Shown here: piece after piece, positions 17,293 to 26,592 of the stretch
Layout of the letters: the number at the start of each line of letters is the position of its first letter
How positions within the stretch are numbered: position 1 is the first letter of the stretch
IMG/VR virus record: IMGVR_UViG_3300032155_000027
Coordinates: 1 to 33,650 of that record
DNA: 33,650 nucleotides
Direction: 5' to 3' (one strand)
Source of the DNA: a virus
Lineage: Duplodnaviria; Caudoviricetes
Notes under the pieces: generated by a model
Told to the model about the DNA's origin: nothing
Seen by the model: the letters and a program-made list of their open reading frames with translations, nothing else
Database searches by the model: none
Program-made: the position numbers and the translations under genes

Positions 17293-17616
17293 CTACGCCT
17301 CCAGCAGCAGGCTCAAAGAGCCGTATTTCACGGTCTGCGCCGTGAGCCAGTATTCGCCCGGCTTCGACTCCTCGATGACCGTCGTTCCTGGCACGATGCG
17401 CTCGTCGTCGTCGACCGCGATGGTGATTTTGATGATGTTCGCCCGCCTCATGCGCGCGTCCCGGTTGGCGATGATCTCCACCAGGAGGCCCGTCTCGCGG
17501 ATCATGTGCTTGATGTCCTGGGCGATGGAGGCGCGGCCGTCGAGCAGGACGGGGTTGCCTCCGGCGTCCAGGGTCAGATCGTCCGAGGTGATGCGGATGT
17601 CGATGTAGTCCGCCAT
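17293..17616 (-). CDS. Baseplate wedge/sheath initiator (DUF2590, gp25/W-like)
   Basis: YIDIRI...SIAQDIKHMIRETGL...DERIVPGT; lies between tape measure and gpJ. Confidence 0.75.
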   Translation of the reverse strand: MADYIDIRITSDDLTLDAGGNPVLLDGRASIAQDIKHMIRETGLLVEIIANRDARMRRANIIKITIAVDDDERIVPGTTVIEESKPGEYWLTAQTVKYGSLSLLLEA

Positions 17617-17620
17617 GCTG

Positions 17621-19423
17621 CTACCCAGCCCCCATGAGCGCCCATTCGTCGAGTTCCCCAGGCGACATGGGCTTGTCGCTGTTGATGGTCACGCTGCCGA
17701 TGTTCGTCTGGCGTGAGTTGCCCTGGTTCAGCACGGCGCTGCTCGACCGCAGGACGCCCCCGGTGGGAACTTCAGAGACGCGCGGCGCGGAGATGGACGG
17801 CAGCGTCTCGGGCGCTTCTGGCATCGTGGCCACCTGTGCGGCGGTCACAGCCTTGGCCGTGATCTCGGCCTTGCCGCCTCCGAGCCCGAACTTCTCCGAG
17901 AGCCAGTCCCAGGCGTCGCCCAGGGCGCGGAAGGGGGCGATGATGGAGTCGATGACCCCCATGATGGCCTGGCCCCAGGACGTGTCCAGGAACGCGGCCT
18001 TCAGCTTGTCGAAGTGGGTGATGGCGTAGGCCAGAACGGCGACCAGGGCGACGAACCCGAGCGCCACCCAGAAGACAGGGTTGGCCCAAAATGCGGTGTT
18101 GAGCAGCCACTGCGCGGCGGTCTGCAGGCCTGTGAGCTTGGTCAGCAGGCCGATGGCCGAGATGACCAAGCGGACGGGGCCGCCGACCGCGAGCATGGCG
18201 ATGCGCCCCACGGCCATGGAGGCCGCCATGACGCCCATGGCGGCGGCGAGCGACATGACCGCGATGGCCCCGTAGCCCACCCATCGGGCCACGTTCGGGG
18301 CAAGGTCTATCCAGCGCACAAGGGTCTTCGCCACCTCCACGCCACGGCCCACGAGGGCCTCGATAGGGGGGAGAAGCTGCTGCCCGAAGGACGCGGCGAG
18401 GACGCCAAGGACGCCAGCCCCCTTGTGCCAGATGTCGGTCATTTTGGCGGCCATTTGCCGGGCCTTGTCCATGCCCTGCACCTGGCCGATGGCGTCGATG
18501 CTTCCGGCCAGCCCCCTACTGTCGGCCATGAGCTGCTTGATGAGGCTGACCGCCTCGTCGGAGCCGAACGCCTTCTTGAGGGCGTCCGACTCGGCCACGT
18601 CGAGCGTCTCGCCGAACTTGCCCTTGATCTTGTCCAGGATCTCGACCATGCCGAGCATCTTCCCGTCCTGCCCGGTGAACTTGAGGCCGAGCGACTTCTG
18701 CGCGGTCCCCACCCCTGCGAGGAAGGCCTTGTACTTGGTCCCCGCCTCGCTGCCGCTCATGGTCGACTGCAACGTGCCCAGGATGGCGATCTGCTCGGAA
18801 GCGGCGATCCCGGCCGCCGTGGCGTTTGCACCCAGGGAGGTGAAGGCCGCGGACATCTCCTCGCCCTTGGTCTTGAACATTTGCACGGCAAGGGCTGTCT
18901 GGCCGGAGAGCTGCTCCACCCAGGCGGCCTTGCCCATGCGGTCGGCCTGGTTCTTGAAGATGCCGTACATGGTCCCCATGTAGTTGGTGATGACGCCCAC
19001 GTCGGCCTTGGTGGCCTTGGCCAGAACGCCGGAGGCCACGGTGAACGCCCCAAGCTCGTTGCCCTTGAGCCCGGCGATGGCGGACTGAATGTCGTAGGAG
19101 GCGCGCACCACGTCGGCGGCGGAACCGCCGTAGTCCATGGCGAACTGCTTGGCCGAGGCCTGCAGCCCGGCCATGGCCGAGGCGTCGACGTCGAGCGAGG
19201 CGACCTCGCCCATGGCGCGGTTGAGGTCGATGGCCGGGGCGACCATTTGGTAGACGGACACGCCAAGCGCCGCTGCTCCGGCGGCCCCCGTTCCGACGCG
19301 CAGGAACTGCTCATGCACGGTGTCGGTCGTCTGGGTGATGGACTTGCGCAGCTTGCCCATCTTCCCGGACGCCTCGTCGCGCATGCCGATGGCGAACATG
19401 AGCCGTTCCAGTCGCGTCGCCAT
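17621..19423 (-). CDS. Tail tape measure protein
   Basis: 600-aa Ala/Gly-rich helical protein with GSEAGTKYKAFL core and hydrophobic C-terminal segments; follows the tail chaperone. Confidence 0.92.
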   Translation of the reverse strand: MATRLERLMFAIGMRDEASGKMGKLRKSITQTTDTVHEQFLRVGTGAAGAAALGVSVYQMVAPAIDLNRAMGEVASLDVDASAMAGLQASAKQFAMDYGGSAADVVRASYDIQSAIAGLKGNELGAFTVASGVLAKATKADVGVITNYMGTMYGIFKNQADRMGKAAWVEQLSGQTALAVQMFKTKGEEMSAAFTSLGANATAAGIAASEQIAILGTLQSTMSGSEAGTKYKAFLAGVGTAQKSLGLKFTGQDGKMLGMVEILDKIKGKFGETLDVAESDALKKAFGSDEAVSLIKQLMADSRGLAGSIDAIGQVQGMDKARQMAAKMTDIWHKGAGVLGVLAASFGQQLLPPIEALVGRGVEVAKTLVRWIDLAPNVARWVGYGAIAVMSLAAAMGVMAASMAVGRIAMLAVGGPVRLVISAIGLLTKLTGLQTAAQWLLNTAFWANPVFWVALGFVALVAVLAYAITHFDKLKAAFLDTSWGQAIMGVIDSIIAPFRALGDAWDWLSEKFGLGGGKAEITAKAVTAAQVATMPEAPETLPSISAPRVSEVPTGGVLRSSSAVLNQGNSRQTNIGSVTINSDKPMSPGELDEWALMGAG

Positions 19424-19424
19424 G

Positions 19425-19619
19425 TTACCCCTTGAGTGCCCTGGTTATGCCGTTGCCGATGGCCACGGTCATTTTCTCCCAGTGGTCGCGTTCCAAAAAA
19501 AGCGCCTCTGCCATGCTGTCCGCGTCGACGGCGCGGCCAGGAAACCAGCGGAGGGACAGGACGACGAGCTGCGCCGTCCCGCTCTCTCCTATTGCTCCTG
19601 CCCGCGCTTCGATTCCCCC
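19425..19619 (-). CDS. -1 frameshift extension of the tail assembly chaperone (G-T/E+E' type)
   Basis: The -1 frame is open from GGGGGAA (19613-19619) to 2 nt before the tape-measure ATG. Product LRWFPG...AEALFLERDHWE..AIGNGI. Confidence 0.65.
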   Translation of the reverse strand, partial: GGIEARAGAIGESGTAQLVVLSLRWFPGRAVDADSMAEALFLERDHWEKMTVAIGNGITRALKG

Positions 19620-19876
19620 AGCTCGATCTCGATATCGGGGGTGAACTCCTCCAGGATCTTGCCGGCGAGCTGCAGCCCGGCCCCAGGCATGTCCAGGATG
19701 GCCTTGAGCGCGTCCTTGTCGTCCGGGGAGATGGTGCGCATGAGGAAGTTGTGGGCCGGGCCGACCTTGTTGGTCGGCACAAGCTCGTTCAGGTACTTGT
19801 TGTACGCCGCGAGATCCACGCGGAACGACAAGTCCTTGCCGTTGACGGTGAGTTCGATGACCCTGGTGGTGCTCAT
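19589..19876 (-). CDS. Tail assembly chaperone
   Basis: MSTTRVIELTVNGKDL...YNKYLNEL...AHNFL; GAGGAG RBS; upstream of the tape measure. Confidence 0.78.
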   Translation of the reverse strand: MSTTRVIELTVNGKDLSFRVDLAAYNKYLNELVPTNKVGPAHNFLMRTISPDDKDALKAILDMPGAGLQLAGKILEEFTPDIEIELGESKRGQEQ

Positions 19877-20202
19877 TTGCCGCTCTCCTCGTTTTTTGGC
19901 CGCGCCGTCCCCAGGACAACGTCGGCCAGGGTGCAGAGACGGGATTGCAGGGCGTCGAGCGCCGTCCCGCCGGAGTAGGCGGAGATGGAGCTGCAGGCGA
20001 CCTTGACCGTCTCGGAAATGCCGTTCAGATCCTTGATGAGCATGTGGGTCACGATGCCCGCGAAGAGGGCCACGAGCGTGCTGCAGCCCCATCCCCACAG
20101 CGAGCGGTCGCCGCACTTCGCGGCCCTGGCCAGCCCGGCCATGATGGAGAGGCCGATGACCAGCCACATGCTGCCGAGCCATTCGCGCGCGGATTCAATC
20201 AC
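19873..20202 (-). CDS. Holin
   Basis: 109 aa with 2-3 hydrophobic segments and a charged C-terminus; located in the lysis cassette. Confidence 0.7.
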   Translation of the reverse strand: MIESAREWLGSMWLVIGLSIMAGLARAAKCGDRSLWGWGCSTLVALFAGIVTHMLIKDLNGISETVKVACSSISAYSGGTALDALQSRLCTLADVVLGTARPKNEESGK

Positions 20203-20504
20203 CGATCTTTCCCCATGTCCGTGGCTCCGTTTGCGTTCTGCGGCGTGTCGGCCAGCCAGAAGCGGATGGCCGCCTTGTCCGCGTTGCACTCGCGCAGGGA
20301 GGCGCGCAGCGAGATGGCATGCTCCGCCAGGTCGCCGTTCGTCTCGCCCTTCCACTCCGGCTCCACCGTCTCGCGCAGGAGCGAGTCCGGCGGTGAGAGG
20401 CGCACGACCACGGGGACGGTGACGGCGTGCTCCTTACCGGAGCAGGCTCCGCACAGCAGCAGGCACAGGAGCAGCAGCCCAGGCGTCAGTTTGCGGATCA
20501 TCAC
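20199..20504 (-). CDS. Outer-membrane spanin lipoprotein (Rz1/LysC-like)
   Basis: Signal peptide with lipobox LCGAC, Pro-rich segment and ECNADK; overlaps the i-spanin. Confidence 0.78.
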   Translation of the reverse strand: MMIRKLTPGLLLLCLLLCGACSGKEHAVTVPVVVRLSPPDSLLRETVEPEWKGETNGDLAEHAISLRASLRECNADKAAIRFWLADTPQNANGATDMGKDR

Positions 20505-20799
20505 GCGTGGCCTCCTTCAGCGCCGCCAGGTCGGTCATGCGCCGGTTTTCGATTTCGCGGGCGAGCTTCGTCCGTTCTGCCTGGGCTCCGTCGCGCTTCG
20601 CCTTGTCCAGGCGCAGCTCGTCGATGGCGGCGTCCTTCGCCGTCGCCGCTGTTTCCAGCGCGGCGACCACTCCCGCCTTGGCGTCGAGATCCTCGTGCAG
20701 GCCGTTGATGGTCCTGTTCTGCCACCAGCAGGCGGCCAGCAGGCACAGGATGACCACGCCAGCGGCTATGCCGACGTACTTGCCGATCCCGTCGGGCAT
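20434..20799 (-). CDS. Inner-membrane spanin (Rz/LysB-like)
   Basis: N-terminal TM helix, coiled coil, C-terminal WAAAPVPAAVRSLL. Confidence 0.78.
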   Translation of the reverse strand: MPDGIGKYVGIAAGVVILCLLAACWWQNRTINGLHEDLDAKAGVVAALETAATAKDAAIDELRLDKAKRDGAQAERTKLAREIENRRMTDLAALKEATRDDPQTDAWAAAPVPAAVRSLLR

Positions 20800-21218
20800 C
20801 ACGCCACCCCCAGGGCCATCCGCGCGGCTTTGCCGTAGACCTCCGCGGGGTAGTGGTCTGCCCACCTCTTGCCGTTCTCGTGGGCCACGATGGCCCGCAT
20901 GAGCGGCTGCAGGTTGGCGGCCACGTCCATGGGCGCGTCCGGGGTGACGCCGATGCGCGCGGCAACGTGCGCGATGTAGCCCTCGGTGTCGTTCTCCATG
21001 GCCGGGGCGTAGCGCGTCAGGATACCGCGCACGGTGTTCAGGCCGTAGTCGCGGGCGTACTTGAGCAGGATCTTGCCCAGGGCGCGCAACCCATCATCCG
21101 GGGTTGCGAAGCTCTCGAAGGCGCTGTCCGCGCCCTCGACCTCGCCCTTCCAATCCGTGGCCGTCTTGCGGATGTTGCCGGGGTTGTTGTTCCGGATTCC
21201 ACGCGGGGTTTCGCTCAT
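20799..21218 (-). CDS. Putative endolysin (RGIRNNNPGNI family, often annotated 'structural protein P5')
   Basis: PRGIRNNNPGNIR...RYAP..ENDT...HENG; occupies the lysin position in the cassette. Confidence 0.7.
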   Translation of the reverse strand: MSETPRGIRNNNPGNIRKTATDWKGEVEGADSAFESFATPDDGLRALGKILLKYARDYGLNTVRGILTRYAPAMENDTEGYIAHVAARIGVTPDAPMDVAANLQPLMRAIVAHENGKRWADHYPAEVYGKAARMALGVA

Positions 21219-21412
21219 TCCTCATGCTCCTTCTGGCAGCGGACGCACAGGCGGCATCCAGGCACTGCCTTTTGCCTGGCCTCGGGTATCGACTCGCCGC
21301 ACTCCTCGCAGATCTCGCGGCTCGGGCCGCTGGCCTGGATGGCGCGCACCCTGGCCAGCGACTCTTCGCGGTGTATGGCCTCGCGTTCTGCGGCGATGTC
21401 TGCGGCGTCCAC
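21215..21412 (-). CDS. TraR/DksA C4 zinc-finger protein
   Basis: DAADIA at the N-terminus; CEECGESIPEARQKAVPGCRLCVRCQ. Confidence 0.88.
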   Translation of the reverse strand: MDAADIAAEREAIHREESLARVRAIQASGPSREICEECGESIPEARQKAVPGCRLCVRCQKEHEE

Positions 21413-21415
21413 TCG

Positions 21416-21922
21416 TTACCCGGCTGCCTGGGTGTTCTCGATGGAATCGTCGGTGCGCACGATGTCCGCCGTCTCCGAGGGCGAGAGGTAGGGCACGCCG
21501 TTGATGCGTACGAAGTCCGGGGAGCACACGTGGTACTTGATCTTGGTCAGGTGTTTCTCGCCGCCCTTCTTGTCGAGGTCGAGCAGCGAGTCGATGACCA
21601 GCTTGCAGCCGAAGGCCTCGACCTTCATCTCTTCCCCGCCCGTCTTGGCGTAGAAGAGCATGTCGAAGAGGGGCAGGTCGGAGAACGATCCGGCGGACTT
21701 AGCTGCCTCGGAGATGACGGACACGCCCAGGGCGTCGACCTCGATCTCGCCGCTGGCCTTCTTGTCTCCGGATACCCATCCGTTGGGGACGCCGTTGTCC
21801 AGGGCTGGCTCGGAGCCGTCCTCGATGGACAAGGTGGCCTTGTTGATGTTCAGGGCAAGGTCGCCGAGGTTGACGTCGAAATTCTTGCCGCTGATACGCT
21901 GGCCGTTGTTCACGGTGCTCAT
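21416..21922 (-). CDS. Tail tube protein (DUF2597/HP1-type)
   Basis: RISGKNFD, GVPNGWVSGD and SPDFVRINGVPYL motifs; follows the sheath. Confidence 0.82.
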   Translation of the reverse strand: MSTVNNGQRISGKNFDVNLGDLALNINKATLSIEDGSEPALDNGVPNGWVSGDKKASGEIEVDALGVSVISEAAKSAGSFSDLPLFDMLFYAKTGGEEMKVEAFGCKLVIDSLLDLDKKGGEKHLTKIKYHVCSPDFVRINGVPYLSPSETADIVRTDDSIENTQAAG

Positions 21923-21932
21923 ATCGTCGCTC

Positions 21933-23042
21933 CTACGCGTAGTTGGTCAGGTCCAGGAGGATGTTGCAGGTGATGCCCTTGGGGCTGTTGTACGGCCGCG
22001 CGACGAACCAGATTTCAACGGCGTACTTGCCCGGCCAGGAGAGGACCAAGTCGCCGTCCTGGGGCGGCTCGATCTCTCCGGGGAAGACGAGGCCGAGCAC
22101 CTTCCGGCTCTTGGACATCTCGCGCATGGGGCGCATGAAATAGGTCTTGGCCTGGGCCATGGACGCCGGGGTGTTGTTCAGGCGGCGGTCGGCGATCCTG
22201 GCCACGGCCAGGGGGTAGATGCGGCGCATGAGCTTCTGCACCACGCGCAGGTTCTCGATGACCTGGTAGTCGCCGCCGGGGGCGTCCAGCACGTTTCCGT
22301 CACTCCAGTAGATGCCGGGGTAGTCGGGATACCACTGCGGCACGCTCCAGCGGGCCTTGTCCAGGGCGTCGAGCACGGACATGTCCAGGATGACCCCGTC
22401 CTTGTCCTCGGGACGGTCGGACCACTCGCCCACGAGGGGGCCGGTGGCCACGCGCATGGGCGAGTCGGCCACGGTCACGGCGCGGTTGGCGAGCCGCCCG
22501 GCGTAGGTTCCGACCTCCGGCCCCCAGATGGTGGCCACGGGGTTGACCTGGTCGAGGGCAAGGCCGGTGGTGATGGCCACCAAGGCGTCCCGGAAGTCCG
22601 CCCAGGACTCGGTGTCCAGGGGGGCGCGCGAGCAGGGGATGAAGAACACGGGCCGCATGTACTTGGCCATGATGCTCTCGGCTTTGGCCTGCATGGCTTC
22701 GAGATCTGCGGCGGCATCCACGGGGTCGGTGACCACGATGGCCTCCACGGAGGTGCGCTCCATGGCGAAGTCCACGGCGTCCTGCCAGGTCGCGGCGGCG
22801 GCGAGCGGGATGACGCAGGCGAACCAATTCTGCCCCGCGTTGTTGCGCGCGGCCTCGATCTGCGTCTTGAGGTTCGAGTCGGCCTCGCCCAGGACCGCGT
22901 CAAGGTCGGTGTCTTGGGTCATGGTCACGAGCTTGCCCTCGTTCGTCCCGGCCCCGCGCCCGATGAACAGGAAATAGTTCTCGATGCTGGGCAGGGGTCC
23001 CTGGATAAGATTGAGATTGTTGACCTGTACGCTTCCGAGCAT
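21933..23042 (-). CDS. Tail sheath protein (DUF2586/HP1-type)
   Basis: GSVQVNNLNL.QG, ADSPMRVATG, WYPDYPGIYW and DYQVIENLRV motifs. Confidence 0.85.
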   Translation of the reverse strand: MLGSVQVNNLNLIQGPLPSIENYFLFIGRGAGTNEGKLVTMTQDTDLDAVLGEADSNLKTQIEAARNNAGQNWFACVIPLAAAATWQDAVDFAMERTSVEAIVVTDPVDAAADLEAMQAKAESIMAKYMRPVFFIPCSRAPLDTESWADFRDALVAITTGLALDQVNPVATIWGPEVGTYAGRLANRAVTVADSPMRVATGPLVGEWSDRPEDKDGVILDMSVLDALDKARWSVPQWYPDYPGIYWSDGNVLDAPGGDYQVIENLRVVQKLMRRIYPLAVARIADRRLNNTPASMAQAKTYFMRPMREMSKSRKVLGLVFPGEIEPPQDGDLVLSWPGKYAVEIWFVARPYNSPKGITCNILLDLTNYA

Positions 23043-23051
23043 GTGGGCTCC

Positions 23052-23741
23052 TTATTTGGGCACGCTGCCCAGCACGGTTTTGGCGATCTTCTCGCACATC
23101 TTCTCCGCCTCGCCTGGGGTCACGCCCAGGAAGGGGCGCGGCGGCACGTTGTCGCGCCACGCCTGGATTCCCTTGGCCTTCTTGGTGCGCATGAGCCGCA
23201 GGACAAGGCCCGCGTGCCCGAGTGAAAAGTGCTTCTCGATCCACCCCACGGTCACCCGCTTGGGCCTGCGGCCTCCGCCCTTCATGGGGACCATGAGGCG
23301 GTAGCCTTCGCGGATCAGGGCCTTGGCCTGGCGGCGAGTGCATTCCTTGCCGTAATCCGGGCGGCCGTAGGCCTTTTCGGCCTTGGCAGGGGTCCACTCC
23401 TCGCCAGCCCCATGCTGGTGGCGGAACGCGATCTTGGCCGTGAGGGCGTTCTTCCAGGTCACGGCCACGCCCCCCTGCGAGGGGGCGGAGATGACGACCA
23501 TGGTCCGGGCCAGGCCGGTGAGCATGGCGCGATCCACGCGGCGCTGCCTGCGCGGTGCGAAGGGTGCTCCGTCGACCTGTTCCTGGCGGCGCACGTTGCG
23601 CCTGGACTGGGTGCGCACGTAGCCCGCGATCCTGCGGGCATGCTTCATGCGGTCCCGGATCTCGCCACCCAGGGCGTCGAGCTGCGCGTCCAGGCGCGCG
23701 GACCGGCCCGTGTCCATCTCGGCCGTCAGCCTAACCTGCAC
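23052..23741 (-). CDS. Virion morphogenesis/tail completion protein (P2 gpS-like)
   Basis: QEQVDGAPFAPRR, IAFRHQHG and PPRPFLG motifs. Confidence 0.78.
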   Translation of the reverse strand: MQVRLTAEMDTGRSARLDAQLDALGGEIRDRMKHARRIAGYVRTQSRRNVRRQEQVDGAPFAPRRQRRVDRAMLTGLARTMVVISAPSQGGVAVTWKNALTAKIAFRHQHGAGEEWTPAKAEKAYGRPDYGKECTRRQAKALIREGYRLMVPMKGGGRRPKRVTVGWIEKHFSLGHAGLVLRLMRTKKAKGIQAWRDNVPPRPFLGVTPGEAEKMCEKIAKTVLGSVPK

Positions 23742-24210
23742 GGTCGTACCCCACGGACACGGACTCGGCCGCGGTGATTTCCGGCTCGTCAACACGCCAG
23801 CGCGTTCCGGCGTAGGGGATGTCTCCGGCGGGGTCTTCCACGAGCGTCAGGCGTTCCTGGAACTCGCAGGCGATCTCGATGTCGGCGGTGTCCCTGTCGT
23901 TGATTTCCGCGTCGACCTCGGGGTCGAGCAGCCCGTCGCGGTCGCCGTCGTTATCCGAAACCCAGCCAAGGATAACGGCCGCCAGAGTGGGGCCGTCACC
24001 CGCATAGCGCTCGATCTGCACGACGGCGTCGTACTTCCAGACGCCGATCTCGATCTGCCGGAGCCGCGCCCCGTCGTCATCGGGGACGATGACCCCGAGA
24101 TCCCGGCCCGTGGGCAGCAGCTCACCCTTGTCCATGTAGGCGTGGATGTGCTCGTGCGGCAGGCCGGTGACTTCGGCGAGGTGGGCGACCAGGGCTTTGA
24201 TCTTGCGCAC
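23731..24210 (-). CDS. Tail completion protein (P2 gpR-like)
   Basis: GTG at 24210 with GAGG RBS; YDAVVQIERY...WVSDND...FQERL; lies between L and S. Confidence 0.72.
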   Translation of the reverse strand: MRKIKALVAHLAEVTGLPHEHIHAYMDKGELLPTGRDLGVIVPDDDGARLRQIEIGVWKYDAVVQIERYAGDGPTLAAVILGWVSDNDGDRDGLLDPEVDAEINDRDTADIEIACEFQERLTLVEDPAGDIPYAGTRWRVDEPEITAAESVSVGYDRAG

Positions 24211-24217
24211 GGCCGCC

Positions 24218-24673
24218 TCAGATGAGCGCCACGTCGGCGCGGGAGACGCCGAGCAGATCGTTGATGGCGTAGGACGCCCAGGAGAAGAAATTGTCTGCCG
24301 TGTCCGGCCCCTCTTTGGCCTCGTTCCGCGCGGCCTCGCGCCTGTCGACCGTGGCGAACTGCCCGAGCAGCAGGGCCTTGGCGTGGGAGTACACGGCCCG
24401 CTTGTAGAGCAGCTCCGCGCCCCCATCGACGCCGGAGAAGGCCACGTCGGCCAGCTTGGCCACGCCCGCCGCCTCCTGCTCGGCCCGCCATGTGGCGAGC
24501 TGCTTCCGCGCCCACATCACGGCCAGGAGCAGATGGTCCGAAACGAGCCCCTCCGAATACTCCGCGGGCAACCTGTAGTTGCCCACGAACTCCGCGACGG
24601 GGATCTCCGGATACCAGCCGTCGCCCGCGAGGACTGCGGTCGTGGTGGCTTTTGTCAGGGCGTTGAAGCTCAT
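24218..24673 (-). CDS. Head completion/stabilisation protein (P2 gpL-like)
   Basis: DGWYPEI, YKRAVYSHAKA and AINDLLG...VALI motifs. Confidence 0.85.
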   Translation of the reverse strand: MSFNALTKATTTAVLAGDGWYPEIPVAEFVGNYRLPAEYSEGLVSDHLLLAVMWARKQLATWRAEQEAAGVAKLADVAFSGVDGGAELLYKRAVYSHAKALLLGQFATVDRREAARNEAKEGPDTADNFFSWASYAINDLLGVSRADVALI

Positions 24674-24768
24674 GTGCTATTCCCCCCGGTTGGGGTTGCC
24701 CGTGGCCTTGTGTCGCTGCGCCCCGCGCAGTGTCCGGCCCGGACAACCCCGGTCGGTGCGAGGAGTAC

Positions 24769-25548
24769 CTAGCCCCCCTGGTTCTCCGCTCCGGATTCGC
24801 CCCCGGAGGTGTCGGCGGGGGGTGTTTCCGGAGCGGAGAGGGGCGGTTGCGTCTTGGTCTTGTCCAGCCGCTTCTTCACGGCGGCGAGCGCGGTCTTGAC
24901 CTGGGCTCCCAGGTCGAGGGCGCGTTCGAGGCTCTGGACGGCCACGTCGAGTTTCCCCGCCTGCTCGGCCTGCAGGCCGACCAGGCGGAAGTACCCGGCC
25001 TTGATCTTGTCAGGCACATCCCAGGCCGCGCCGTTCAGCGAGCCATCCATGGCCCCCAGCACGGCGGACAGATAGGGGTCGTAGCTGCGCCCGGCGTTGT
25101 ACTCGGCCTCGGCCCAGGCCAGGGTCTGCGTCGCCACGAAGAGCTCCATGGGCGACTTGAACTTCTCGGGCAGCGCCTGGCCGTTTTCCAGACACCAGAA
25201 GGCGAGGCGCAGGGCCTCCTCGATGGCCCCGGCGTCAAACGCCCAGACCACGTAGTAGCCGATGAGGTCGTGGCGCTTGCCGCTGGCCATGAGCTTGGCG
25301 ATGTAATCGCGGTACTTGGGCAGCAGCGTGTCGCGCTTGATCTCGGCCTTGCGCTCCATGGACGCCACGTCGTGCAGCGCCTTGAGATCCTCCGCCAGGG
25401 AGGCGTCGAGCATGGAGGCGAGCTGCTGCCCGCCCATCATGCCCTGGGGCATGGTCCCGAGCACCCGCGCGCCGGGGGAGACGACTTCCCCGGCAGGCGC
25501 GGAGGCAGCGGCGGCCATGGACTTCTGGAACTTGCGCATGAGGCTCAT
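24769..25548 (-). CDS. Terminase small (endonuclease) subunit (P2 gpM-like)
   Basis: KRDTLLPKY...VWAFDAG...ALPEKF...GAQVKT; follows the capsid gene. Confidence 0.85.
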   Translation of the reverse strand: MSLMRKFQKSMAAAASAPAGEVVSPGARVLGTMPQGMMGGQQLASMLDASLAEDLKALHDVASMERKAEIKRDTLLPKYRDYIAKLMASGKRHDLIGYYVVWAFDAGAIEEALRLAFWCLENGQALPEKFKSPMELFVATQTLAWAEAEYNAGRSYDPYLSAVLGAMDGSLNGAAWDVPDKIKAGYFRLVGLQAEQAGKLDVAVQSLERALDLGAQVKTALAAVKKRLDKTKTQPPLSAPETPPADTSGGESGAENQGG

Positions 25549-25551
25549 GGC

Positions 25552-26580
25552 TTACTCCCAGCCACCCGCGCCATCGGGCAGGCGGACGTTGGCGAACTCC
25601 ACGGCCACGAACTTCTCCGGCGTCTCGACGACGTAGCCCTCGTTGCGGCTGGAGTAGTCCTCGACCTGGTCCTTCTTCGGGTTGTCCATGATCTGGCGAC
25701 GCCAGGAGTCGGCCTGCCGGTAGATGGAGAGGTTGTCGTAGGAGGTGATGACCAGGCCGCGGCCGGGAAAGTTGGAGGGCGTCTCCCAGGGCAGTCCGCC
25801 GAACGTGGTCATGGAGGCGGACATGGCCGCCTTCTCGGTGGGTTTGTCGCCCACGGCGGAGAAGAGCGTGGCCTTCTCGCGCGCGATGAGGTCCGCGCCG
25901 ATGAAGGCGACGAGACCCCGGCGCATGTACTCCGGGATGCCCTGCAGGAGGTCGTTGACGGACACGTCCAGGTTCGCGAAGTCGCCGCCAGCGCCGATCT
26001 TGATGACGCCACTTTCGGCCACGCCTTCGGTCAGGATGTTCGCGGTCAGGTTCTCACGCATGTACTGCATCCAACCCTTGTTCACGTCCTGCAGGAGCGG
26101 GTTGGCCACGGGGTCCGTGGTCGCGGCGGCGGACGTGCCGTACCAGCCGATCAGCTCCATGTCGGAGCCCATGCGCTGCTGCACGTAGCGGGAGTACCGC
26201 GCCTGGAAGTCGGGGAACTTCGCCCAGGCGTCCATGAGCGCGTAGCGCATGGCCACGTCCGAGTTGGTCTGCAGCAGGACGTAGCCGTACTTGCCGAGCC
26301 CCATGACGTTGCGCGGGGTGCGCTCCTGGTTGGCCACGGTGGTGTCGGTGCGTCCGGTCACGGTCGAGTTGGCGAAGCCGAGCAGGTTCTCGCCCACCAT
26401 CTCCTCGACCGGCATGATGTTGATCTTGGGCAGGAAGGTGGCCTGCTCGACGATCTTGTCGTTGAGCGACTGGGCCACGGCCGGGGCGATGGTGAACGCC
26501 TTGGCCACGGAGTCCACGCCGTAGTTCTTGGCCAGGGTGGCGAGCAGGCTGTTGAAGAGGAGAATGGTATTGGCTTTCAT
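25552..26580 (-). CDS. Major capsid protein, P2 family (gpN-like)
   Basis: TGRTDT, DAWAKFPDF, IGWYG, NPLLQDVNKGW, NLSIY and RNEGYVVE motifs. Confidence 0.95.
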   Translation of the reverse strand: MKANTILLFNSLLATLAKNYGVDSVAKAFTIAPAVAQSLNDKIVEQATFLPKINIMPVEEMVGENLLGFANSTVTGRTDTTVANQERTPRNVMGLGKYGYVLLQTNSDVAMRYALMDAWAKFPDFQARYSRYVQQRMGSDMELIGWYGTSAAATTDPVANPLLQDVNKGWMQYMRENLTANILTEGVAESGVIKIGAGGDFANLDVSVNDLLQGIPEYMRRGLVAFIGADLIAREKATLFSAVGDKPTEKAAMSASMTTFGGLPWETPSNFPGRGLVITSYDNLSIYRQADSWRRQIMDNPKKDQVEDYSSRNEGYVVETPEKFVAVEFANVRLPDGAGGWE

Positions 26581-26592
26581 CTCGTCTCGCTC

